Both the position numbers and the translations under genes were made by a program. A stretch of 64,000 nucleotides of DNA from an uncultured Acidobacteriota bacterium. GTDB lineage: Bacteria; Acidobacteriota; Vicinamibacteria; Fen-336. The stretch spans positions 1,690 through 65,689 of the forward strand of contig CAWHRC010000018.1 of NCBI GenBank assembly GCA_963831755.1, given 5' to 3'. This document shows, one piece after another, positions 50,957 to 60,250 of this stretch. The notes beneath the pieces were generated by a model. It was given only the letters and a program-made list of their open reading frames with translations. It was not told the DNA's origin and made no database searches. The first letter of the stretch is position 1; the number at the start of each line of letters is the position of its first letter.

Positions 50957-52530
50957 AGGTCCAGGGCGGCGTCGTGAGGGCGATGACGGTGGTGGTGGGC
51001 TCGACGGCCCTCGGGTCCGCCATCGGGTTCCTCAAGAACGTGCTCGCGGCTTCCTACTTCGGCACCTCGGGGCCGATGGACGCCTACCTGGTGGCGCTCG
51101 TGCTGCCGGACCTGGTGTCCAACTTCGCCCTGACCGGAGCCTTCAACTTCATTCCGCTCTTTGCAGAGCAGGCGGCCATCTCGGAGGAAGCCGGCTGGCG
51201 AGCGGCCAACAAGATGGTCTCCTACTGGCTCGCGCTGCTTCTCCTCGTGCTCGTCGTCACCGTGGTCCTGACGCCGGGAATCATCAGCCTGATTGCCCCC
51301 GGCTTCGAGGGTCCCCAGCGGGAGCGTACGATCGGGATCAGCCGGGTGCTCTTCCTGATGACCGCCGCTGTCGGCACCTCGGAGGTCCTGGCGCTACCCC
51401 TCCTGGCCGAGCGCCGCTTCTTTGCCATCGCGGCCTCGGAGGTCGCCTTCCAGATCGGGTCCACGGCCTTCCTGGTCGTCTTCCGGAGCTGGGGCATCTC
51501 GGCCCTGGTCTGGGGAATGGTCTTCGGAGGGCTGGTCCAGCTGGTGGTGGTGGTGGTGGGCCTCGGTGAGCTGCGGAGCCGGCTCCGCCTGGACGTCGAC
51601 CTGCGCGCGCCCATCGTGCGCCGGATGCTCGGGCTGACGATGCCGACCTACATCGGCAACATGAGCGCCAAGCTCAACTCCATCATCAACCGCGGGTTCG
51701 GTTCCCTGCTGCCCGAGGGGGCGGTCTCCTCGCTGCAGTACGGAATGACCCTCATCGACGCCCCGGTCAGCCTGCTGGCCAGCCCCGCGACCCGGACGCT
51801 GTTCCCGTTCCTCGCCAGCCAGTTCGCCGAGGACGAGAAGAGGGCCCGGGCCAACCTGGGCCGGGCCCTGTTCTCGTTGACCGCCCTCTTCGCTCCGATC
51901 GCCGTCGGCACCTACGTGCTGGCCACCCCCATCGTGCGGATCATGTTCCAGCGAGGCTCCTTCACGGGGCACTCCACCGACCTGACGGTCGGCGCGCTGC
52001 AGATCTACGCCCCGCTCATCCTGACGCTCGCGCTCAACGGGCTCCTGACGTCGGCGTTCAACGCGCGCAAGAACACCCAGATGCCGATGAGGGTGGGGGT
52101 CCTGCGCGTCGCCCTGAACGCGAGCCTGTGCTTCCTGTTCGTGCCCGGCCTCGGCATGAGAGGCATCGCACTGTCGAACACGCTCGCCGACATCGTGAAG
52201 GTGCTGCTCCTGGTCTTCTTCCTCTGGCGGGTCTTCCCGCGGGCCGAAGGGTGGGCGACGCTGGGCTCCGTCGCGCGGCTCGTGCCGCCCCTCGCACTGA
52301 TGACGCTCGTCGTGTACCCGGCAAGCCGCGTCGCCATGGCCGCGGACTCCTGGCTGGCCACCGTGACCCTGCTCGTGGGCGTCGTCCTGCTGGGCGCGGT
52401 GGTCTACGTCGGGGCCTTCGCCCTGTTCTGCCGCGACGAGTTCTCGCACTACGCCTCCATCGCGCGTGACGAGCTGGAGCGCCTGCGCAGACGCGGCAGG
52501 GTGGCGAGCCCGGAGGGCGTGGGGCGATGA
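50953..52530 (+). CDS. MurJ/MviN-type MOP flippase (probable EPS Wzx)
   Basis: ASYFGTS..MDAYLVA...PD, FIPLF, IMFQRGSF, about 14 TMs. Confidence 0.85.
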   Translation: MKVQGGVVRAMTVVVGSTALGSAIGFLKNVLAASYFGTSGPMDAYLVALVLPDLVSNFALTGAFNFIPLFAEQAAISEEAGWRAANKMVSYWLALLLLVLVVTVVLTPGIISLIAPGFEGPQRERTIGISRVLFLMTAAVGTSEVLALPLLAERRFFAIAASEVAFQIGSTAFLVVFRSWGISALVWGMVFGGLVQLVVVVVGLGELRSRLRLDVDLRAPIVRRMLGLTMPTYIGNMSAKLNSIINRGFGSLLPEGAVSSLQYGMTLIDAPVSLLASPATRTLFPFLASQFAEDEKRARANLGRALFSLTALFAPIAVGTYVLATPIVRIMFQRGSFTGHSTDLTVGALQIYAPLILTLALNGLLTSAFNARKNTQMPMRVGVLRVALNASLCFLFVPGLGMRGIALSNTLADIVKVLLLVFFLWRVFPRAEGWATLGSVARLVPPLALMTLVVYPASRVAMAADSWLATVTLLVGVVLLGAVVYVGAFALFCRDEFSHYASIARDELERLRRRGRVASPEGVGR

Positions 52531-53579
52531 GCGCTGCTCACACGGCCAAGACGGCGCTCGCGGGGGCCCTCGGCGCGGTCGGCGTGACGACCGCCGTGCT
52601 GGCGGCCCGCCGCCGCGCGCCCGTCATCCTGCGCTACCACCGCGTCCACCCGGACGGCTGCGAGTCGCCGTACGAGCTCGGCATCTCGCGCTCGGTCTTC
52701 GAGGCGCAGCTCGACTACCTCTCGCGCGAGGGGACGGTGGTCAGCCTGGCCGACGTCTGTGCGGGCCTCTTCGACGGGCGTCCCCTGCCCGGCCGCGCCG
52801 TGGCGCTGACGTTCGACGACGGATACCGTGACAACTACACGCAGGCATTGCCGGCGCTGCGCGCGCGTGGCCTTCCGGCGACGGTGTTCGTCACGGCCGG
52901 CCATCTCGACTCCGGCCGGCGCTTCTGGTGGGACGACGTCGCGGGAGCTGCCTTCGCGGCGGCCCCTGGCGAGTACACGCTCGACCTGGGTCGGGGGCCC
53001 GAGCCCGTGTGGCTCGACGGCGGTCCTGCGCGTCGTCGCCTGGTCGACCGCGTGTGCGCGAGGGCGAAGGCCCTGCCCCATGTCGAGGCCCGTGCCTGGC
53101 TCGCGAGCCTCGGCGCCACGTTCGGCGGCGCGCCGGACGAGGAACGCTCGGTGCTCAGCTGGCAGGAGGCGCGGGAGATGGCCGCCGCGGGCATCGAGAT
53201 CGGCTCCCACACCCTGGACCACCCGGTGCTCTCGCGCCTCGAACCCGGGGAAGCCGAGCGGCAGGTGGTCGCCTCCCGCCGACTGATCGAGGAGCGCCTC
53301 GGCAGGGCCGTGCGCTTCTTCGCCTACCCCAACGGCACCCGCGAGGACTTCACGCCGGAAGTGGAGCGTGCGGTGCGCCAGGCAGGCTACCAGGCCGCCC
53401 TCACCACGATCGAGGGCCGCCCGGGGCCCTCCTCCGATCCGTTCAAGCTGGAGCGCGTCGCCGTCTCGGCCGGGATGAGCACGGACGGCGACGGCCGCTT
53501 CTGCGAGGCGCTCTTCGCGTCGGAGATCTCGGGCATGATGGGCGCGCTGCTTCTCCGGGGGAGGCGCCGTGCTCACTGA
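52527..53579 (+). CDS. Polysaccharide deacetylase (CE4/NodB) 2
   Basis: LRYHRV, LTFDDGYRDNY, GSHTLDH, FAYPNG. Confidence 0.9.
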   Translation: MSAAHTAKTALAGALGAVGVTTAVLAARRRAPVILRYHRVHPDGCESPYELGISRSVFEAQLDYLSREGTVVSLADVCAGLFDGRPLPGRAVALTFDDGYRDNYTQALPALRARGLPATVFVTAGHLDSGRRFWWDDVAGAAFAAAPGEYTLDLGRGPEPVWLDGGPARRRLVDRVCARAKALPHVEARAWLASLGATFGGAPDEERSVLSWQEAREMAAAGIEIGSHTLDHPVLSRLEPGEAERQVVASRRLIEERLGRAVRFFAYPNGTREDFTPEVERAVRQAGYQAALTTIEGRPGPSSDPFKLERVAVSAGMSTDGDGRFCEALFASEISGMMGALLLRGRRRAH

Positions 53580-54747
53580 GGAACGCGTCGCGGCCGCGAG
53601 CCCGCCCGACCTGCCGCACCCGGCCGGCGCCGTCCTCGCCTACGAGCTGGTGCGCGACCTCCCAGCGTGGGACAACGTGGCAGCGGCGTGGGAGGACGCC
53701 GCGCGACGTGCGGGCGCCTTCTATCTCAGCCACGCGTTCCTGCGCGCCTGGTGGGACTGCTACGGCACGGGCCGCCTGGACCTGGGCTGCGTGCGATCGG
53801 GCGAGCGGCTCGTCGCCCTCGCGCCCCTCTGCCGCCGCCGCCGCCGCCTCATGGGCCTGCCCGCGCGCAGCGTCGAGAACCTCTTCAACGCCCATCTCTG
53901 CCGGTCCGAGATCGCTCTGCTCGAACGTGACGACGAGGCGCTGCGACTCGTCCTCGACGCGCTCGGCCGGGAGCCGTGGGACGTCTTCCTGTTGAGGGAG
54001 GTGCCCGAGCGGTCGCGCCTGCTCGAGCTGCTGCCCGCGGCGTGCCGTGCCCGCGGCTGGGCGCTCCGCACCCGTCACTCCCTCGATTCGCCCTACGTCT
54101 CCATCGCGGGGGACTGGGAGTCGTTCCTCGCGACACGCTCCAAGCAGTTCCGCAAGGCGATCCGCCAGAAGCGCAGGCGGCTCGTGGAAACCGGCACGGC
54201 GTCCTTCGAATGCGCCCGCGGCCCGGCAGCCATCGACGCGGTGATGCCGGAGGTGATGCAGGTGGCGGAGCGGAGCTGGACCGGCGAGCGCGGCAGCTCG
54301 ATCGCCTCGCCCAGGAACAAGGCGTTCTACGAGCGCTTCTTCCGCGAGTTCGCCCGCAGTGACAACCTGCGCATCTGGACGCTGCGCATGGGAGGGAAGC
54401 TGGCTGCGTTCGAAGCACACGTGACCTGGGGGCGCATGGCTGCGCCTCTGAAGGTGGCCTACGACCCGGAGTTCGCCGAGCTGAGCGTCGGCTCCGTGCT
54501 GGACGCCCACGCGATGGAAGCCGCATTCGGCGGCGGGGAGTTCGACCGCTACGACCTGCTCGGCAAGGACGAGCCCTACAAGATGCGCTGGACCGACCTC
54601 GTCGAGCGCCACGTCGAGGTCTTCGTGTTCAACCGCCGGCCCGCCTCGCGACTGTTCCGCCTGCTCGAGTTCGGCCTGCGCCCGCGCCTGGGCTCGGTGA
54701 AGCGAGCCGTCGTCCGGATGCTTCCGAAGAAGGAGGCTCCCGAGTGA
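53569..54747 (+). CDS. CelD/BcsL-like GNAT acyltransferase 2
   Basis: YLSHAFLRAWW, AYDPEFAELSVGSVL, YDLLGKDEPYKMRW. Confidence 0.85.
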   Translation: MLTEERVAAASPPDLPHPAGAVLAYELVRDLPAWDNVAAAWEDAARRAGAFYLSHAFLRAWWDCYGTGRLDLGCVRSGERLVALAPLCRRRRRLMGLPARSVENLFNAHLCRSEIALLERDDEALRLVLDALGREPWDVFLLREVPERSRLLELLPAACRARGWALRTRHSLDSPYVSIAGDWESFLATRSKQFRKAIRQKRRRLVETGTASFECARGPAAIDAVMPEVMQVAERSWTGERGSSIASPRNKAFYERFFREFARSDNLRIWTLRMGGKLAAFEAHVTWGRMAAPLKVAYDPEFAELSVGSVLDAHAMEAAFGGGEFDRYDLLGKDEPYKMRWTDLVERHVEVFVFNRRPASRLFRLLEFGLRPRLGSVKRAVVRMLPKKEAPE

Positions 54748-56012
54748 GCGCCGGCCTCGCCTCCGCCCGGCCCGCCCCCGCAAGGCCCACGGGCGAGCGA
54801 CACCACATCGGCTACGTGCTCTCACTCTTCCCGTCCTACGACGAGACTTTCATTCTCCGGGAGATCAAGGCGCTCTCCGAGCGCGGCGTGCGCCTGACGA
54901 TCTTCTCGCTGCGCAACGACCGCCAGGCCGTGGTGCAGGAGGACGCCCGTCCCTTCCTCGAAGCCACCCGCCACGCCGGCTACTTCTCGCTCGACGTTCT
55001 CGTCGCGACGGTGCGCGCGCTCGTGCGCCGACCCGTGGAGGTGACGAGCCTCGTCTGGCTGGTGCTCCGTGGCGTGTGGCGGCAGCCCGGGCTCCTGCTC
55101 CGCTCGCTGGTGATGCTACCGAAGGCGTTCCGCTTCGCCGAGATGGCGGCGGAAGAAGGGATCGACCACCTGCACGCGCACTGGGCCACCTACCCCGCCA
55201 CGGTGGCCCTGGTGATGTCGCGGCTCACCGGCCTCTCGTGGAGCTTCACCTGCCACGCCCACGACATCTTCCTGAACCCCTCGCTCCTCAGCGAAAAGCT
55301 CGAGCGCGCGGAGTTCGTCCTGACCTGCACCGGCGACAACAAGCGCCACCTGGAGAGCCTCAGCCCGGCCGCGCGCGACAAGGTCCAGGTGAGCTATCAC
55401 GGCCTCGACCTGCGCCTCTTCCGGCCCGCGCCGCGGCCGCTCGCCGATGGCCCGCCCTCCATCCTCGCGGTCGGCAGCCTGCTCGAGTGCAAGGGCTTCA
55501 ACATCCTGATCGAGGCCTGCGCCCGCCTGCTCCGACAGGGAGTGGACTTCAGCGTGACGATCGCCGGGGGTGGGCCGCTGGAAGCCTCGCTGCGCGAGGC
55601 CGTCACCCGGGCCGGGCTCGACGGGCGCGTGCACCTCACGGGCTACGTCACCCAGAAGGACCTCATCCCCCTGTACCAGCAGGCCGACATCTTCGTCCTC
55701 CCTGCCGTGCTCGAGATGCACTGGGGCATTCCCAACGTGCTGGTGGAGGCGCTCGCCTGCGGCCTGCCGGTCGTCACCACCGCCCTGCCGTCCCTGCCCG
55801 AGCTGGTGCAGGACGGGCGCGAGGGTCTCGTGGCCGCGAACCGCGACCCCGAGGACCTCGCCCGGAAGATCGGCCGGCTCATCCAGGAGCCGACGCTGCG
55901 CCGCGCCATGGGCCGCGCGGGCCGTCAGCGCGTGGAGTCGTCGTTCGACATCGAGCGTACCATCGAGTCCGTCGTCCTACCCCTGGTCGGGAGGTCGCTT
56001 GTCGCTCTCTGA
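54744..56012 (+). CDS. GT4 glycosyltransferase (WcaL-like)
   Basis: FPSYDETFILREI, HLHAHWA, VGSLLECKG, GIPNVLVEALACGLPVV. Confidence 0.9.
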   Translation: MSAGLASARPAPARPTGERHHIGYVLSLFPSYDETFILREIKALSERGVRLTIFSLRNDRQAVVQEDARPFLEATRHAGYFSLDVLVATVRALVRRPVEVTSLVWLVLRGVWRQPGLLLRSLVMLPKAFRFAEMAAEEGIDHLHAHWATYPATVALVMSRLTGLSWSFTCHAHDIFLNPSLLSEKLERAEFVLTCTGDNKRHLESLSPAARDKVQVSYHGLDLRLFRPAPRPLADGPPSILAVGSLLECKGFNILIEACARLLRQGVDFSVTIAGGGPLEASLREAVTRAGLDGRVHLTGYVTQKDLIPLYQQADIFVLPAVLEMHWGIPNVLVEALACGLPVVTTALPSLPELVQDGREGLVAANRDPEDLARKIGRLIQEPTLRRAMGRAGRQRVESSFDIERTIESVVLPLVGRSLVAL

Positions 56013-56922
56013 GGAGACGCCCGGCCGCTTCAAGATCCCGCGCCCCGCTTCCGGCCTGCGGCGGGCGGCGAAACGGACCCTCGCCCGCCTGGCCGGGCTG
56101 GCGGCGCGCCGGGCCGGCGACCCGGCCCTGCGCATCCTGACCTACCACCGCGTCAACGCGAGCCACCCGGGCGACCGCCTCAGCGTCCCGCCCGAGACCT
56201 TTGCCCGCCAGATGGAAGCGCTCGCGCGTAGCGGCCGGCCGGTGGTCGGCCTGGAGCGAGCGGTGGCCGCCCTGCGCGGCGAGGTGGAACTTCCCCGCGG
56301 CGCCGTCGTGATCACGTTCGACGACGGCTTCCGTGACAACCACGACCATGCCCTGCCCGTCCTGAGGAGCTTCGGCCTCCCGGCCTCCTTCTTCGTGCCA
56401 TCGGCCCTCGTCGAGAGCGGTCGCACGCTCGAGCGCTACGAGCGCTGCTGCGCCGAGGACGAGCTGATGACCTGGAACGAGGTGCGGGCGGTCGCCGCCG
56501 CCGGCCACGACATCGGCGGGCACGGACGTACCCACAAGGAGCTCGCCTGTCTGGACGCGGCGACGCTCCACGACGAGACTCACGGCTGTCACCGGGAAAT
56601 CGCCGAGCGGCTCTCTCTCGCCCCGCGCTTCTTCTGCTACCCGCGCGGCAGCGAGTCGCCGTCGGTGCGCCGGGCCGTTGCGGAGGCCGGGTTCGAGGCG
56701 GCCCTGACGGTCGCCCCCGGTGCCAATTCGAGAGGCGTAGACCTGTTCGGCCTGAGCCGGACGGAGGTGGCCGCCGACGACACCCTCGCGGACTTCAGCC
56801 GCAAGCTCGAGGGTGGCTTCGACGGCTGGCACCGTCTGCTGCGGGCCTCGCACTCCCTCGCGGGAGCACGAGCAAACGATGGGTTCCCTCGCCATCAACA
56901 CGGAAGGAGCGTCGTTCGATGA
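55999..56922 (+). CDS. Polysaccharide deacetylase (CE4/NodB) 3
   Basis: GGAGG RBS with TTG start; LTYHRV, ITFDDGFRDN, GHGRTH, FCYPRG. Confidence 0.88.
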   Translation: MSLSEETPGRFKIPRPASGLRRAAKRTLARLAGLAARRAGDPALRILTYHRVNASHPGDRLSVPPETFARQMEALARSGRPVVGLERAVAALRGEVELPRGAVVITFDDGFRDNHDHALPVLRSFGLPASFFVPSALVESGRTLERYERCCAEDELMTWNEVRAVAAAGHDIGGHGRTHKELACLDAATLHDETHGCHREIAERLSLAPRFFCYPRGSESPSVRRAVAEAGFEAALTVAPGANSRGVDLFGLSRTEVAADDTLADFSRKLEGGFDGWHRLLRASHSLAGARANDGFPRHQHGRSVVR

Positions 56923-59075
56923 AGATCGCAGTTTTCGGCTGTGGAATGATTGCGCAGGAGCACATCAAGGCGATCCGGCGCGTGCCGGGCGCCACCATCG
57001 TGGGCATCGCTGACCCCAGCGAGCTCGCGCTCAAGATCACCGCGGAGAAGTGGGGGATCAAGGAGGCCCTCACCGACCCCGCCGCCCTGCTCGAGAAGAC
57101 GAAGCCCGACGTCGTCCACGTCGCGACCCCGCCCGACACCCACGAGGCTCTCACCCGGCTGGCGCTCGAGGCGGGCTGTCACGTCTACGTCGAGAAACCC
57201 ATCACCCTGCACGCGCGCGAGACCGAGGAGGTCCTGCGCCTGGCCGAGGCCAAGGGGCGCATGGTGTGCGTGGGCTACATGCACAACTACGACCGCGCGG
57301 TGCTCGAGGCGCTGGCCCTGTTCAAGCAGGGGGCGATCGGGCGCATCTGCGGCATCGAGAGCTACTACGGGTTCGACCTGGGGGAGAGCCCGGCCAGCCG
57401 CTACTTCACCCAGGCCTACACGACTTGGGCCTACAGCCTGCCAGGCGGGCTCTTCCAGAACGGCCTCGACCATCCGCTCTCGGTGATCATGCCCTTCCTC
57501 GACGAGCCCAAGTACATCCAGGCCGCGGCCATGGACGTGGGCGTCATGCCGAAGGGCGTCCCGGGCGAGCTGCGCATCCTGATGGGAGACGGCAGCCGCC
57601 TGGCGAGCGTCACCCTGAGCGAGGTGGCCAGCCCCCGATTCCACTACGTGAACCTGCTGGGCACGAAGGGCACGCTCCAGATCGACCTGCAGAACAAGCG
57701 GACGATGATGTGGGGGCACAAGCCGGGCATCCCGCACTTCGTGACGCGCTTCGGGATGAACCTGAGCCAGGGCTTCCGCATCCTGGGCGGCACCGTCGGC
57801 ACCGTGTGGAACGTCCTGCGCGGGCGCTTCACCCCCTACGAGGGCATGCAACGCCTGGTGCCGGAGTTCTACAAGGCCATCGAGACCGGCGGGCCGAACC
57901 CCATGCCGCCCGAGTACGCGATCCGCATCATGCGGATCATGGACACGGTCTGGGAGCAGATCGACGCGCAGCTCGAGCCGGTGCGCATGATCAGGGCCGA
58001 GCGACGCCTGCCGCGCCTGGTCGAGCCCCCCGTCGGCGCCCGCAAGGTGCTGGTCACCGGAGGCACGGGCTTCATCGGCAGCCGGCTGGTTCGGGAGCTG
58101 ATCGACGCGGGCAACGACGTGCGCATCCTGGCGCGCGACCTGCGCAAGGCGGAGCCGCTCCGCGCCCTCGGCGCCGAGGTCGTGGTCGGCAACCTCGTCT
58201 TCCCCTCGACCCTCGCCAAGGCGGTGGAGGGCGTCGAGGTGATCTACCACCTCGGGGCGACGATGGGCGGCCAGTGGTCCGACTTCGTCCAGGGCACGAT
58301 CCGCGGGACCGAGGCGCTGGTCGAGGCGGCCAGCAAGGCCGGCGTCAAGAAGATCGTCTACGCCGGCACGATCGCCGTCTACGGCATCCCGCACCTGCCG
58401 CGCGGGAAGAAGGTGACAGAGGACCAGCCCTACGCGACGAGCGACCTGACGCACTACATGCGCTCGAAGATCGATGCCGAGCGTGTGCTGCTCGAGAAGG
58501 CGGCCGCGGCCGGGATCGAGGTGTCCATCCTGCGCCTGGGCCTCGTCTACGGGCCCGAGAAGGGACCCAAGGTGTCCCGCCTCGGCTACCCCGTGGGTTC
58601 GGGGCTGCTGGTCAAGGTCGGCCTCAACAACAACACGCTGCCGTCCGTCTACGTGGACCACGCCGTCCAGGCGCTGGCCCTCGCGGGGAGCTCCCCGAAG
58701 GCCGCCGGCCGCGTCTACAACGTCGTGGACGACGAGTGCTTCACGCAGCTCGGCTTCATCCGGGCGTTCGGCCGCCTGAGCGGCAAGAGGATTCGCGTTC
58801 TCTTCTTCCCTTACACGGTCGCGCGCGCCATGGGGTCGCTCGCCAAGCGCTTCGAGGCCAAGAACGGCATCGCCCGCCGCGTCTCCGGCCTGATGTCGCG
58901 CTTCCACCTGGACTCCTGCGTCCGCGAGGTGCGCTACGACAACTCGCGGCTGAAGACCGAGCTGGGCTGGACCCAGGGCGCACCGCTGGAGACCTGCCTG
59001 CGCGCCACGTTCGCTCCCAAGCCGGCCGCCGCGCCCGCCGCTCCGGTCGCGGCGAGGGTGGAGAAGTCGGCCTGA
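56919..59075 (+). CDS. Gfo/Idh/MocA oxidoreductase fused to an NAD-dependent epimerase/dehydratase (extended SDR)
   Basis: N-terminal GCGMIA, ATPPDTH, YVEKP. C-terminal LVTGGTGFIGS, YMRSK (YxxxK), LRLGLVYGP. Confidence 0.88.
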   Translation: MKIAVFGCGMIAQEHIKAIRRVPGATIVGIADPSELALKITAEKWGIKEALTDPAALLEKTKPDVVHVATPPDTHEALTRLALEAGCHVYVEKPITLHARETEEVLRLAEAKGRMVCVGYMHNYDRAVLEALALFKQGAIGRICGIESYYGFDLGESPASRYFTQAYTTWAYSLPGGLFQNGLDHPLSVIMPFLDEPKYIQAAAMDVGVMPKGVPGELRILMGDGSRLASVTLSEVASPRFHYVNLLGTKGTLQIDLQNKRTMMWGHKPGIPHFVTRFGMNLSQGFRILGGTVGTVWNVLRGRFTPYEGMQRLVPEFYKAIETGGPNPMPPEYAIRIMRIMDTVWEQIDAQLEPVRMIRAERRLPRLVEPPVGARKVLVTGGTGFIGSRLVRELIDAGNDVRILARDLRKAEPLRALGAEVVVGNLVFPSTLAKAVEGVEVIYHLGATMGGQWSDFVQGTIRGTEALVEAASKAGVKKIVYAGTIAVYGIPHLPRGKKVTEDQPYATSDLTHYMRSKIDAERVLLEKAAAAGIEVSILRLGLVYGPEKGPKVSRLGYPVGSGLLVKVGLNNNTLPSVYVDHAVQALALAGSSPKAAGRVYNVVDDECFTQLGFIRAFGRLSGKRIRVLFFPYTVARAMGSLAKRFEAKNGIARRVSGLMSRFHLDSCVREVRYDNSRLKTELGWTQGAPLETCLRATFAPKPAAAPAAPVAARVEKSA

Positions 59076-59080
59076 CGACG

Positions 59081-60250
59081 ATGACACGGGACCGGTCCGG
59101 AGGCGGCCTCGCGGGCCCGCGCGGCGGGCCCGCGAAGGTCCTCCTGCTCGTCGAGAGCATGGAGGTGGCGGGGGCCGAGCAGGTGGTGCTCGCCCTCGCC
59201 CGCGGCCTGGACCGGCGCCGCTTCCGGCCGATCGTCGGCTGCCTCACCATCGAGGGGCCGCTCGCGACGGAGCTGCGGGCGGCCGACGTGGAGGTCTTCG
59301 CCCTCGGCAAGCGGCCCGGCCTCGACCTCGGCATGCTGCTGCGCCTCCAGCGACGGATGCGCACGGCGGGAATCGACGTCGTCCACACCCACGTCTGGAA
59401 CGCCGACGTGTGGGGGCGGCTCGCCGGGTGGCTCGCCCGCGTGCCAGTCCTGCTCACGACCGCCCACAGCGTCGACGTCTGGAAGAAGCCACGGCACCTC
59501 GCGGTCGACCGGGCACTGGCCGGCGTTTCGCGGCGCGTCGTGTGCGTGTCGGAGGCGGTGAGGGCCTTCTACCGCGATCGCGCCCGCGTCCCCGAGGGCA
59601 AGCTCACGGTCATCCTGAACGGCATCGACCTGGCGCCCTTCGACGTGCCGTTCGACCCGCTCCGGACGCGCGCTCAGCTGGGGCTCAACGGCGCCAAGGC
59701 TGTCCTGACCGTAGTCGCCCGGCTCCTGCCCGAAAAGGGACACCGGCACTTCCTCGACGCCCTGGTCCTGCTGCGGCGGGAGTTCCCGTCCGCGATCGGC
59801 CTGGTGGTGGGAAACGGGAGCCTGCGCGGGGAGCTGGAAGCCCAGGCAGGGCAGCTCGGCCTGCTCGGCAGCGGCGTCCGCTTCCTGGGAGAGCGGCGCG
59901 ACGTGCCGGAGATCCTGGCGGCGAGCGACGTGTTCGTGCTCCCCTCGTCGGTGCGCGAGGGGCTCTCGATCTCGCTTCTCGAGGCGATGGCGGCGCGCCG
60001 GCCGGCGGTGGTGACCGACATCGGCGGGAATCGCGAGACCGTGGAGGACGGCGTCAGCGGCCGAGTCGTCGCGCCGGCGGACGCTCCGGCGCTGGCCGCG
60101 GCATTCGCGGAGCTGCTCCACGATCCGGCCTACGCCGGGCGCCTGGGCCGCGCGGCCCGGGAAAGGGTGGAGCGCGATTTCAGCGTGAGTCGCATGGTTC
60201 GCGAGACCTCGGACCTCTACGAGGCGACGCTCGCGGAGGCCTCTCGATGA
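59081..60250 (+). CDS. GT4 glycosyltransferase
   Basis: GAEQVV, VARLLPEKGH, FLGERRDV, EGLSISLLEAMAA. Confidence 0.92.
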   Translation: MTRDRSGGGLAGPRGGPAKVLLLVESMEVAGAEQVVLALARGLDRRRFRPIVGCLTIEGPLATELRAADVEVFALGKRPGLDLGMLLRLQRRMRTAGIDVVHTHVWNADVWGRLAGWLARVPVLLTTAHSVDVWKKPRHLAVDRALAGVSRRVVCVSEAVRAFYRDRARVPEGKLTVILNGIDLAPFDVPFDPLRTRAQLGLNGAKAVLTVVARLLPEKGHRHFLDALVLLRREFPSAIGLVVGNGSLRGELEAQAGQLGLLGSGVRFLGERRDVPEILAASDVFVLPSSVREGLSISLLEAMAARRPAVVTDIGGNRETVEDGVSGRVVAPADAPALAAAFAELLHDPAYAGRLGRAARERVERDFSVSRMVRETSDLYEATLAEASR

